Positions 11,683 to 23,614 of a DNA stretch of 64,000 bases are shown here, one piece after another. Positions within the stretch are counted from its first letter, which is position 1. Each line of letters begins with the position of its first letter. The stretch lies in NCBI GenBank assembly GCA_951406725.2, contig OX597824.1, forward strand, positions 75,082,001 to 75,146,000, read 5' to 3'. Made by a program: the position numbers and the translations under genes. Source of the stretch: Octopus vulgaris (Eukaryota). The notes beneath the pieces are model-generated. The model did not search any database. It was not told the DNA's origin and saw only the letters and a program-made list of their open reading frames with translations.

Positions 11683-12101
11683 CTATTTCTTTACTACCCA
11701 CAAGGGACTAAACACAGAGAGGACAAACAAGGACGGACAAACGGATTAAGTGGATTATATCGACCTCCAGTGCGTAACTGGTACTTAATATATCGACCCC
11801 GAAAGGATGAAAGACAAAGTCGCCCTCTGCGGAATTTGAACTCAGAACGTTACGGCAGACGAAATACCTATTTCTTTACTACACACAAGGGGCTAAACAC
11901 AGAGAGGATAAACAAGGACGGACAAAGGGATTAAGTCGATTATATCGACCCCAGTACGTAAATGGTACTTATTTAATCGACCCCGAACGGATGAAAGGCA
12001 AAGTCGACCTCGGCGGAATTTGAACTCAGTACGTAGCGGCTGATGAAATACCGCTAAGCATTTCACCCGGCGTGCTAACGTTTCTGCAATCTCGCCGCCT
12101 T
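11683..12101 (-). mobile_element. SINE A tandem dimer nested in the Chapaev3-like element
   Basis: Two A bodies; flanked by CTAATACTGG(C/A)ATACC duplication. Confidence 0.9.
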
Positions 12102-12679
12102 CCTAATACTGGAATACCGATTTCAAAACTATAGTCAGTTTTCTTCTATCACCTCAAGTTTTTTTTTTCAATAGTTTATGCTCTGAATAAGCACAGTTGT
12201 ATTGTTTATCCATTGTAAGACTGCTCAACTGATTGCTTTTATTATTTTGTTGATAAAGAGTGAGAATTTTTCTGATCTGGTGACTTTAGGTTGATTGTTG
12301 AAACGCATGGTCCGTTTCAAATCTCCCTCCAAACAATAAGTCACGGTTATTGGCCAGTGATATGCTTCAGCTGTTCTTTAGCACTTCAGAGTCAGCTTGC
12401 TGATTGAAGACAGAGGTAGAAGATGACTTGGTGCTATGATGCATGAAATTACATGAATGTGGTCAAGGTATGGGAGTGACAAGCACAGTAATACAGAGAA
12501 TTTGAGGTTAGGAGACTAGAGAACATATCTGTGCAGCGGAAGAGAGATGGAAAGGCTTTGAAGTGAGTGAACTGGTAATTTGAAATGTGGAGGGATTCTG
12601 TTGTGAGGTCTGAGATCCAGGTTTTTATGTCTCCATATTCGTTAATAATACGGAGATATAAAGAGAGTCATTGAGTTGT

Positions 12680-12977
12680 AGCAATCATAAAAAGCAATTG
12701 GATCATCTGTGTTGACCTTAAAATGGTACTTTTTGGTCAGTAACGAGGACACATCAAGTATCTCTGCTTTCTGTGCATGTGGGACAACAGAGCTCGAGAG
12801 AAGCATTTGGGTGCAGAGGAATCGGTCTCTTAGATCTGACCTTAAATCTGGTGATTCTCACATCCTAGATAAGCCACTTATAGGCATAGAAAAAATCGTA
12901 TTCTTACCCTTGCACATGAAACTGGGTTCCATGAAGCAATTCGTTAAGCATTTCCAGCTGAAGGTGACTGTTTCAAG
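12680..12977 (+). pseudogene. Chapaev3-like transposase fragment
   Basis: WIICVDLKMV-LFGQ*RGHIKYLCFLCMWDNRAREKH...KIVFLPLHMKLGSMKQFVK, matching the DLK...CFLC.WDSR...PLHIKLGLMKQFVK family motif; frameshifted. Confidence 0.8.
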
Positions 12978-13024
12978 CACTACAGTACAGCCAGCCAGAC
13001 ATAGATTGTGAGTACAGCCTAGCA

Positions 13025-13221
13025 CAGTGGTTCCCAAACTATGAGTCGCGACCTATAGATGGGTCGCGAACGGAATCTTAGTGGGTCGCAAAAAGTTATA
13101 AAATTACGCATTAGCTTTGATTAACTGCGGTCTATGTTTTTACTCAGTAGAGTTAAGTGGGTCGTCATAAACTGGTGTGATAAATAGTGGGTCGCGACTC
13201 TAAAAAGTTTGGGAATCACTG
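13025..13221. mobile_element. hAT-type MITE
   Basis: TIRs CAGTGGTTCCCAAACT / AGTTTGGGAATCACTG; 8-bp TSD GCCTAGCA/GCCCAGCA; GGGTCGCGA subterminal repeats. Confidence 0.9.
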
Positions 13222-13789
13222 GCCCAGCAGGTTTCACATAAGCACCACATCCCCCTACCCAACATCCTCATAGATCAATTGAGCACCATCTATATATGGA
13301 GCTAATATTAGGTACCTATGCCCAGACTGAGATTAGCGATACGTCATGTACCCATTGGTATATGTATAAGTAGGGCGCAATACGACACAACGCCATATTG
13401 ATTACGATGTTTCCAGATCAACACCAACATTTCCTCGTTTGTCAGTTACATTTTGTGTAAACTTTCAAAACGTTCAATAAAAGCACATTTTTATGGTTTT
13501 TAAGACAAAGTGAGGGTATCCTATAGCTCAAAAAGTCAATGTGATACAGAAAAACTGGGTAATTTTTGGATTCAGAGACCAAAGGTTAGGCAAAAGCAAG
13601 TGTCAGATCTAACTCAACGAAAATTGTATTCCTCAGTGTAATTTACATTCACTGCAGAAAATATAGTATCCCAGCATTAAAGAGGTAGAGGTAATATGCA
13701 CTTTACGGTTACGTTTTAATTTAGGGTCCTGGCAGGGCCCAATGTTTTGGAGGTTAGTAGGAGACATTAAACTTCTAATGTTTCTAGTG

Positions 13790-15135
13790 AATAACGTGCT
13801 TTTAGGGAATAAATTGAGTTGTGCGATGAAGGTTTATTAACGATAAAGTTATTAATAACGTGGCAGTAATCTGCTAGGAGCTTACTCTGAATTATTATTA
13901 TGTAGTTTCTGTTAATCCGGTTAAACAGATAATACAGCACGGGTCTGGAACAAAGAATACCAGGAATTTGGTACTGCACCTGTTTTAAAACTTTCCCTTG
14001 AAAATAACTATAGTTCCATTCAGCTGTATGATATAAGGAACTTCTAATGGTACACCATCTATGACAGGCCGCCAAGCTGGTCTGGAAAAGACAGAAACTG
14101 ATCTAAGGCGGCGAGCTGGCAGAAACGTTAGCACGCCGAACGAAACGCTTAGCGGTATTTCGTCTACCGCTACGTTCTGGGTTCAAATTCCGCCGAGGTC
14201 GACTTTGCCTTTCATCCTTTCGGGGTCGATAAATTAAGTACCAGTTACGCACTGGAGTCGATGTAATCGACTTAATCCATTTGTCTGTCCTTGTTTGTCC
14301 CCTCTGTGTGTAGTCCCTTGTGGGCAGTAACGAAATAAGAAATAACTTAATGATGAGCTGTCTTCAAGCCTGACTTTCAGTAAATCTTTATGTTAACAAA
14401 ATTAAAGTAAGGCTATTCTGTCAATTACGTGATAAGAATAGAGGAAACTTTGAAAGATGTTTCAAACTGAAGTTCGTTTAGCTGTCAAAAGAGTCTCGTT
14501 TGAATCATTTCTTGCCTGGTGATATTGTTATTGACTTTTCACTTATAAATCATGATGACCGACTAACAAAAGACATTGACTTTGATCGCAGAGATGTAGC
14601 TTACTTAGCTGATATTAACAAGATGAGCAAACTGAATTTGAAATTTCAAGGGAACAATTATATTCTAATATGTATGAATATAGAATGCAGTCAGTAGCTT
14701 TACAAGTAAAATTAAATGGTATAAACAAAACCTTGACAAAAGGGAATTCTGCCAAATACCATGCATGGAAAGCATTTCACAATTATTTACAGATGAGGAT
14801 ATAAGAACTTACCGTGGACATCAGCAACGACTGAATGAAGATTTCGAGACAAGATTTAATGACTGAGGATACTTGATTCTATAAATAAAACATATGTATG
14901 CGTATCATAAAAAAATAAATGCAAGCAATCAGCATTGTTTTCCAAAATAGCGAAGAATCGAAGACGTGTTACGAATAATAAGGCTTGTGTAAAATATGGT
15001 TTCAATGCAGTATGAAATTTCCTTTTTTGTAGAAGGAAGCTAAGCTAGTTTTTATTGCTTTTCCACCAACCAATTTATAAGAGACTTTTTTTAGTGTGGT
15101 AACCGATATTTTGACTAAAAATAGAAACCAAATTC
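13790..15135 (+). pseudogene. Decayed hAT (Buster/Charlie, ZBED5/SCAND3-like) transposase
   Basis: Motifs in order: NGTPSMTGR (DGAPSM), RLFCQL, TEVR-LSK, DVAYLAD..KLNLKFQG, DFETRFND, FIAFPPT...FSVVTDILTKNRN; many stops. Confidence 0.75.
14106..14340 (+). mobile_element. SINE A (young, full length)
   Basis: Close match to family consensus. Confidence 0.92.
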
Positions 15136-15456
15136 ACTCACGGACTACCGATTGCCCCTTTAATCTATTTTTTCTGCCGCTATTTCTTTACTAAAACTGA
15201 AAGACTCTACTCTTATCATCTTCTCCAGAGAGCCCCCACCAAACAAACAGTTACAGACAACTGCCCCTGTTAACTAACTGTCGCTTAGTTAAAACGTTAA
15301 TCCAGTACTTGTAGGTTTTACTCACTAGGAATGACACGTTCAGTGGCCGGGTGGCGAAATTTTTTTCCACGAGAAATTTTTTTCCGGACCCCAGTAATGA
15401 ATTCATTTGCATACAGCCAATCAGAGCTCACCTTGAAAACCCACATACTGCGTACT

Positions 15457-15710
15457 ACTACAGTACAGCCAGTCAGACATAGAATGGTGTATGTCACTCT
15501 GTGATTACAGCATCACAGGTCTCACATAAGCACCACATCCCCCATCCTCATAGATCAATTGAGTACCATCTCTATATGGTGCTAAGTTTAGGTACCTATA
15601 CTCAGACTGAGATTAGTGATACTGCACGTACCCATTGATATATGCAAGGAGGGCGCAATACGACACAACGCCATATTGATTACGATGTTTCCAAATCAAC
15701 ACCAACATTT
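15457..15710. repeat. ~250-bp segment duplicated at 12979-13432
   Basis: ACTACAGTACAGCCAG.CAGACATAG ... TCAACACCAACATTT shared; this copy lacks the hAT MITE. Confidence 0.9.
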
Positions 15711-15937
15711 TAAATTAGGAATGTACAAAATCAGTCAAAAAAATTAGGAAACTAAACTCATTTACATTTTCTAGTAAATTACGCAAATTGGCAACACTTA
15801 TGGCATCATCAGTGAGCAGCTCTCCATTCACTTTATACACTAAATTTCACAGTTCTATATTTAAGAGATGAGGAATTATGTACATTACTTACATTATTTA
15901 CGTTCGACGGATACATGTCCTCATCTTGTTTGTTGTT

Positions 15938-15983
15938 AACACAACGTTTCGGCTGATATATCCTCCAGCCTTCTTCAGATGTC
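15938..15983 (-). ncRNA. Minimal type I hammerhead ribozyme (Penelope pLTR type)
   Basis: GACAU-CUGAAGA-A-GGCUG-gaggauauau-CAGCC-GAAAC-GUU-GUGUU: intact CUGANGA/GAAA core, 5-bp stem II, palindromic AACGUU stem III. Confidence 0.75.
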
Positions 15984-17515
15984 TTAGGGAAATTTCGAAC
16001 CACTACGCCATATGCTCTTAACCACTACTTATGCACTACTCTTAACCACTACGCCATATGCCCACGGTAATTTAGACGTGAACTATCCTCAATTCAAGTT
16101 TTGATTGGATAATCACTTATAGTCCATTATTTCAAAAGATTCTGTTGTTAAATGTTCATTACTAATTTATACCGAGCAAATGTGAATTTTCTCATGTGCA
16201 AGCATCTCAAAGTTTGCTCCTGTCTAGAATTTATTATATTATCCTTAGATGTAAAAATTTGGTAAAATTCTTCTAAACATAAGTCACATTTTTTAGTTCC
16301 AGTTCTGTATGACTTTGTATTATAAATTAATTTCCAATTGATGGTACAGTATTTGTTTCTGTCTTTATTAAACCAGATTAATTTACTAAGACTTGTTTGG
16401 GATCTTTTATTTTTATCTCTAAATGAACTCAAATATTTGCCATCTTGAAAATTAGTGAAGGCGCACCGATGTAAAAGTATTCATTACCCTCAGATGTAAC
16501 TTTACATCTATATATAACATTTTTAGTCTTACACTGATTTTTCACATTACAAGATTCTCATTTAGAACAATTGTAAAGATAATTTCTTTCAGAATTAGTT
16601 TTAATTTGATAATTCATGGTCAAATCAAATTCCTTTCCCCCAACTTCTTTATTACTATTTACTCTTTCAGATAACGTTATCTTTGTTCTATTTCGAGCTG
16701 AATTTTTATTCGATTCTGTGTTATTAACTATGTTAAATTGGGTTGTTTCCCTTTCAGCAACTTTTAAATTCTTAGCGTTCTCTTCTATTTTATTTTTTTT
16801 TTTTATTTTTATTCCGTTTCACATTATTATTCTGAATATTTACTATGCTACTTTGATAACAATAGCTTTTTGAAATTTCGATATTACTTTTACGTTATGT
16901 GTTGCTATAATTTGTGCAATATTTTTGCTGTTACAATAAACCATGCAGATCTTATGTTTGTTAAAAATTCTATATCTATGATTTATAGGGAAAAAATATT
17001 TTTCTAATGCTGTATTGAACAATTTGTAAAAAAATATAATTTGTTTGTTTACCAAATGCGAAAATTAACCAAAAAGTATTTTTCGATTTAAAATCATAAT
17101 CTTGATGTTTAAACCAGTTTTTCGAAGGAGTAAGTATTCCTTGATTTCGATCTATACTAAAGTTAGCGTTTATTTTATCTTTAAATCTTTTAGTTGTTTT
17201 TGTATTAAAAGAATTCGAGATTTTATTAGAGAATGCTATATCCTCATTTCTGTTAGCAGTACGAAGATATTTAACTCGGTTATCAATTATCTTGTAATTT
17301 TTCCTTTTGTTTGAACTTTTGTAATTGTTCATCTGATTATTTTCTCTGTTGGAATCTCCTAGTCTTGTTATTTTATTAAATTCTCTATTTGATTTTAGAT
17401 TTCCATAATTATTTTTCTTATATAAGTAGTTTTACTTATAGTACTAAATTTTAGATTTCCGTTATTAAAATTATTGTTAAATCAGATTCATTATTCGACT
17501 TATTAAACTTTATTT

Positions 17516-18185
17516 GGATCTTTACAATTTGATCGACTGATATAAAAATTACTTTTTGTAACTAAACACTTTCAAACTTCGGACACTAGTAGAATATGTC
17601 ATATAAAACATCTTTTACTCTTAGCATTTTTGAGAAAAACTTATATTTACGAAGTTATTTTACGTTAAAATTGTCGTATTTCGGTAATTTCAACCAATCA
17701 ATGACATGTATTCAACTGAATAAAATCACTGCCGTTGTTTGTCAACAACACCTATTGGCGGTGTATCTTTCGTTTGTCACTGTTATTTATGACATCGTTG
17801 GTGCGTTTGTATTGGTTTTAGCTTTAAGATTTTAGGGTTAGGGTTAGGGTTAGGGCTAGGGTTTTAGGGTTAGGGTTAGGGCTAGGGTTTTAGGGTTAGG
17901 GTTAGGGTTGTCATAAATAACAGTGACAAACGAAATATACACCACTCGAAGTTTTTGATGACAAACAACAGCAGTAATTTTATTCAGCTGAATACACGTC
18001 ACTGATTGGTTGAAATTACCGAAATACAACTCTAACGTGAAATAACATTGTAAATATAAGCTTTTCTCAAAAACTCTAAGAATAAAAGATATTTTATATG
18101 ACACATTCTACAAGTGTCCGAAGTTTGAAAGTGTTTAGTTACAAAAAATAAGTTTTTAAATCTGTCGGTCAAAAGGTAAAGATCC
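17516..18185. mobile_element. Foldback/MITE with ~278-bp TIRs and 8-bp TSD (GG termini, Merlin-like by inference)
   Basis: CTTTATTT|GGATCTTTAC ... GTAAAGATCC|CTTTATTT; arms 17516-17794 and 17909-18185. Confidence 0.9.
17832..17907 (+). repeat. Interstitial telomeric repeat (TTAGGG)n
   Basis: 12 hexamers (10 TTAGGG, 2 CTAGGG) forming most of the MITE spacer. Confidence 0.97.
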
Positions 18186-18617
18186 CTTTATTTTATTTTT
18201 ATATCTCGCTTTCCTAAGTGCTACGTTATAGTAGTTTTCATTTTGTTTGAAAATATTCTCTTTGGCTGATAAGTTAGTTGATCTTGTCGAAATGTTCTCT
18301 ATTAGTGAGTTTGTTACCGATTTGGGGTGATTACTTCCAGTGTTTATATATTTTAGGCTTTCATTAGGTTTATGAAAGGATTCATAAGAAATTAACAGAG
18401 TTATATTCATCTTCTATCGTTATAGATAGTCCTATATTTCTAAAGAATTAAAAAAATTTCTTTGTTTTTACAATCGTAAAAAGCTTATCATCCCTATATA
18501 AACCTCCTACTATTTCAGGGAATTCTTTATTTAGACAAAATGATATATAAATTTCCGCATACATCCACACACGCATACACATACATAGACAAGATCTATG
18601 CAAGTATGTACCTACAG

Positions 18618-18812
18618 GTGGAGGCGCAATGGCCCAGTGGTTAGGGCAGCAGACTCGCGGTTTCAATTCCCAGACCGGGCGTTGTGTGTGTTTATTGAGC
18701 GAAAACACCTAAAAGCTCCACGAAGCTCTGACAGGGGGTGGTGGCGACCCCTGTTGTACTCTTTCGCCACAACTTTTATATATATATATACGTATATATG
18801 TGTGTGTGTGGT

Positions 18813-18865
<53 letters not shown>

Positions 18866-19075
18866 ATATATTTGTGTGTCTGTGTTTGTCCCCCCACCAA
18901 CATCACTTGACAGCCGATGCTGGTGTGTTTAGGCCTCCGAAACCTAGCGGTTTCGCAAAAGAGACCGATAGAATAAGTACTAGGCTCTAAAAATGTCCTG
19001 GGGCTGATTTCTTCGGATAAAACACTTTAAGGCAGTCCCTCAGTCCCTGGTCGCAGTCATATGACTAGAACAAGT
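18618..19075 (+). mobile_element. Chimeric SINE: family C head plus family B 3' module
   Basis: C head 18618-18775, (TA)/(GT) repeat, then B tail from ~18875. Confidence 0.7.
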
Positions 19076-19107
19076 TATATTCATGTGTGTGTGTATACAT
19101 GTGTGTG

Positions 19108-19510
<403 letters not shown>

Positions 19511-19997
19511 TCATGCATACATATATACATATACCGCATTAGTTATCTCTTCCAATATAGTTTTCTGTAAATATGTTTGTTCTTTAGGGCGGTTGTCTAT
19601 GGGTGTCATGGTTTCATTTGTTAGTTCGTTGATTTTGCTACGCTTTCGTGAATAACATTCGTTGTTTTGTCATTGAGTTTGTGCGTTGTTTTGAAGTTTT
19701 CCTGTTTATCTAGATGTAGACCAGTATTTGCGCAATTTCTGTTATTCTATTCTGATAGTTACGCTCCTGTTATTTTCATCTGTTTCATAACCTGTTTATC
19801 TAGAGTCATTAATGGGTTTTTTTTTTTTTTTTAGATGTTTATTTGTTTCTCGCTCTAATTATTATTATTCTGAAATTTTTACCTGTTTTGTTTGTTACGG
19901 TTTCCAGGTTTCGTATTTAGTTTTTGTTGAAATGTTATTCTACGAATTTGTGAAGGTATAGCTGCATAGTTATACGTATATCTAAGCACACACACAA

Positions 19998-20098
<101 letters not shown>

Positions 20099-20114
20099 CC
20101 TATCTATCTATCTA

Positions 20115-20151
<37 letters not shown>

Positions 20152-20485
20152 CTGAAGTTGACTGTGTATGGCAGGTTTGGTAGCCTTCAACTAACACCAT
20201 CTTCTCCGAGACCCTGCGGCGCAAGTTGACCAAAATTGAGAGTATGATAGAAGAAGGCTTGCTCTTCCTTCCGTAGAAGAAAAAATTCAAATCGGACCAT
20301 GTTAGCACCAAAAATTATTTACATCAAGAAGGTGCTTTTTTTCTATGAAAATCACAAATTTTTACGATTTTTTTAACTGCTGTGTCGCCAATTAAAGAGC
20401 TACAAAATGCAAAATTTTCACTTTTCAAAAATTCTAATTCTAAAGGGTGGAAACAAACCCGAGCAACGCCGGGCGATACTGCTAG
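20115..20485 (+). mobile_element. Non-autonomous Helitron
   Basis: 5' TC(TA)n, 3' hairpin CCCGAGCAACGCCGGG then CTAG|T; second copy at 48295-48683. Confidence 0.8.
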
Positions 20486-20517
<32 letters not shown>

Positions 20518-20801
20518 AGTGTGTTCATCTATGTATGTATTTATGTGTGCATGCGTGCGTGCATGTATGTATGAATGTATACACACGCAAAGTCAACAAT
20601 CGAGAGTGTGGACTCTAATTCATATTTGGTGCGCATGTGCAAACACTTCCACACCTATGAACACGTATACACATATATATTTGTACAAGTATGTACATAC
20701 TCGTTTAAGAATATGTGCTTATGTATGCACGGATATGCATGTATGTTCACGTGTGTGTGTGTATATGTGTATATGTAGGAGAACAAAGTGTACGTACGTC
20801 G

Positions 20802-20837
<36 letters not shown>

Positions 20838-20840
<3 letters not shown>

Positions 20841-21033
20841 TAATCCAAACATGAAAACACAACAACGCGAGGATGTGGAACAAATATAGTATTATTGGAC
20901 GCTCAACAAGGAAGGGAAGAAGGAGGGTTTTACGTTTAGAGCGAAGCTCCTCGTCAGAAACATAGGAAAAGGAAAGATCCAGAGAAGGGAAGACAGAGGA
21001 AAAAAAATCGCCAACGGTACACACGCGGTCACA
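20838..21033 (-). mobile_element. Family H2 element with hammerhead-like motif at 20927-20961
   Basis: GUUU-CUGACGA-G-GAGC-uuc-GCUC-UAAAC-GUA-AAAC (G12U mutated). Confidence 0.7.
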
Positions 21034-21037
21034 TTTT

Positions 21038-21203
21038 GACAAGAAAGCAAAACATCGAGACAACTAGATGATACAAAAAGGGACAACAAAACATCCAGAT
21101 AGACAATACATGACCCGTCCTTTTTTTTTTTGTATCGTCTATCTGGATGTTTTGTTGTCCCTTTTTGTAACACCTAGTTGTCCGGATGGTTTGCGTTCTT
21201 GTC
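21038..21203. repeat. Inverted repeat/hairpin element related to 35410-35910
   Basis: ACAAAAAGGGACAACAAAACATCCAGATAGAC and its reverse complement. Confidence 0.75.
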
Positions 21204-21447
21204 CCATTTTGTATTTTATATATATATGTGTGTATATGTATATGTATGTATTTTCGAACGTATTTGTGTATGCGAATAGAAATACATATATGTATATATG
21301 AGGTGACGTGTTATGTTGCAATATTTGGATGTATGAATATGTGTGTAAAATGATATACGTTTGATATTTAATATTTGATATTATTGCGATTGATAATTAA
21401 TGTTTTGATATATCATATTCGATATATAATGTTTTTGATATATCAAA

Positions 21448-21680
21448 GGCAGCGAGCTGGCAGAAACGTTAGCGCGCCGGGCGAAATGCGTAGCCATATT
21501 TCGTCTGCCGTTACGTTCTGAGTTCAAATTCCGCCGAGGTCGACTTTGCCTTTCATCCTTTCGGGGTCGATTAAATAAGTACCAGTTACGCAATGGGGTC
21601 GATATAATCGACTTAATCCGTTTGTCTATCCTTGTTTGTCCTCTCTGTGTTTAGCCCCTTGTGGGTAGTAAAAAAAAAAT
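21448..21680 (+). mobile_element. SINE A
   Basis: Full-length consensus match. Confidence 0.92.
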
Positions 21681-21989
21681 AGATATATCATATTCGTGGA
21701 TTACATTTATTGCCTTCGCATTATTGCTTTTTCCCGAGCGTTGGTTTGACAGTTTGTTGTTCTGTTCGTGATGACACTGTCGTGTTTTCACTACTGGTTT
21801 TGCTATTGTTACATCAATAGGTGTCAAACTTGTTTGCAGTTCGAACCATTTGTAAAGCATGAATTTATTCTAGTATCAGCAGCGTGACATCATTTCAGTT
21901 CTTTTATTTTTCAAGCATTTTCATTGTGTAATTAGGATATATTTTTTCTGTATAGAGGAGACATCCTGGACCATTTATGTGAGGGATGG

Positions 21990-22675
21990 TGCTGTCTATT
22001 AGTACCCAAATTATGTATATGTTCTTCATTAGATCCTTTGATAAAGGCGCTTTGTTCCTTCCATCAATGCATTTTATTTTGGCATTAAACCCATTACCAT
22101 CCCAGCTACACAAAACAAATGGCTACATGTTACGGTTTGTGACTATAAGAGATATTATTTGTAACCTATAATTGCTTTGTGGATGATTTTACGATTTATG
22201 CTAAAAATGTTAAGAATGTAAAAAAAAAAGGAAAGGAAAAAAGAATTAATATTTTCAGCTGACATAGAAATGGAATTTGGGCAGAAAAATTTTTTTGTTT
22301 TTTAATTGTTGAACGGGGAAAATCAGTCTCCCAGACACGAAATCTATGCATCAATGGCCTCACTATCTCTCCTGTCACACACAAAAATTCCTACAAGTAC
22401 GTTGGCATTGATGAAAAAGATCATATCAAGGAGCTGTGAATAAAGATAGAGTGACCCATGAATTTTATACCAGACTAACAAAAATATGGCACTCCGAACT
22501 CTCCTCTAGCAACGAGACAATATCCCACAGTGCATTTGCAGTACCAGTACTGATTCCAACATTTGGGATATTTAATTGGTCTGTAGAAGAAATCCACTCC
22601 ACAGACATTAAAACCCGAAAGATTCTAACATCAAGTGGAAATCTCCACAAAATAGTGATATCGACCGGCTCTGTT
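21990..22675 (+). pseudogene. R4/Dong-clade non-LTR retrotransposon RT fragment
   Basis: FILALNPL, FVDDFTIYAKN, FSADIEMEFG, SYKYVGIDE, KIWHSELS, FAVPVLIPTFGIFNWS..E...DIKTRKILT. Confidence 0.8.
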
Positions 22676-22679
22676 TAAG

Positions 22680-23390
22680 TCCACCCGCCACACTTCTCGG
22701 TCCATCTTCACTGCCTCAATGCCCTGGATACATTTAAGGCTAATGTGTACAATCAAGTTGTCGATGTGTGACGACGTTTTCCTCTTTTTACGTCACAATG
22801 ATGCGGGTTCCACTAGACTAATTTGGATGCTTCCATTTCAGGGTGGTGCACGCAGTGACCAGAGAGTCGCAACCATATTTGCCTGATCTTCTCGCTAACT
22901 TTCGGCAGGTCTCCATAAAGGCATTCCTATGTCATATGCTGCTGCCTGCCGTTTCACATTTAGGGCCGTTCATAGCATCCTTGTGTAGCATCCATTTATC
23001 CCATTTGATAATTTCTTTGTCAGTGTCCATATACGAGGGGTGTTCAATAAGTAATGCCCCTGACCCACTTCCCATAGCAGTAGAGCAACGAAACTTGGCA
23101 CAGTTATTAGTCTTTTTCTACATAGGAACCACCCAGAGTTACGCATTTCTCCCATCATTTGATGCAGCTCTGGAGACCGTTTTTGTAGAAGACCCCAGCT
23201 TAGTCCTCCAACCACGACGTGACTTCAGAAATCAAGGCTGCATCATCTGGGAAACGCTTTCCTTTCAAGTGGGTCAGGGGCATTACTTATTGAACGTCCC
23301 TCGTAATAGCACATTCCATGGGGGTATCTTGGTCAACCTCTGAACTTTTCCGTCGCCCCTCGTCTGTATATCAGTCGCATCATTACTACT
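22680..23390 (-). pseudogene. RTE-clade LINE C-terminal fragment interrupted by a mariner MITE
   Basis: WTLTKKLSNGINGCYTRML*TALNV...LYGDLPKVSEKIRQIWLRLSGHC. Confidence 0.7.
23034..23303. mobile_element. Mariner-derived MITE
   Basis: TA|CGAGGGGTGTTCAATAAGTAATGCCCCTGACCCACTT ... AAGTGGGTCAGGGGCATTACTTATTGAACGTCCCTCG|TA. Confidence 0.9.
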
Positions 23391-23614
23391 TAGTTCCAAT
23401 TTGCTCTTGATTAATATAGTAATTTACTGTAAATTTTCTATGTAAGAATAAGACTGAATCGTTAACGAACAATTTCTATTTTTCTGTCTACGAAGAGAAT
23501 TACAAAATGTGCTTACATGTGTACAAAGTTCCACAACGAAACAAAAACGCACACACATACACACATTTATGTATGGATGTATTTTTAAAAAAATTAAGAT
23601 AAACAAAGTTCTTT

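Larger units (their letters stand above)
11609..13638 (+). mobile_element. Internally deleted CMC-superfamily (Chapaev3-like) DNA transposon
   Basis: TAA|CACTGGGGAACAA ... TTGTATTCCTCAGTG|TAA (CAC/GTG ends, 3-bp TSD); contains transposase remnant. Confidence 0.75.
16148..18545 (-). mobile_element. Decayed Penelope-like retroelement (RT C-terminal half plus GIY-YIG)
   Basis: GGLYRDD (18.5 kb), FHKPNESLKYINTGSNHPKSV (RT thumb), IFNKHKICMVYCNSKNIAQII, CKTKNVIYRCKV...YIG, TSLSKLIW...KKCDLCLEE; frameshifts. Confidence 0.9.

Noticed and set aside
17832-17907. True chromosome end or fusion site
   Set aside because: Short single-orientation array enclosed by TIRs with a TSD
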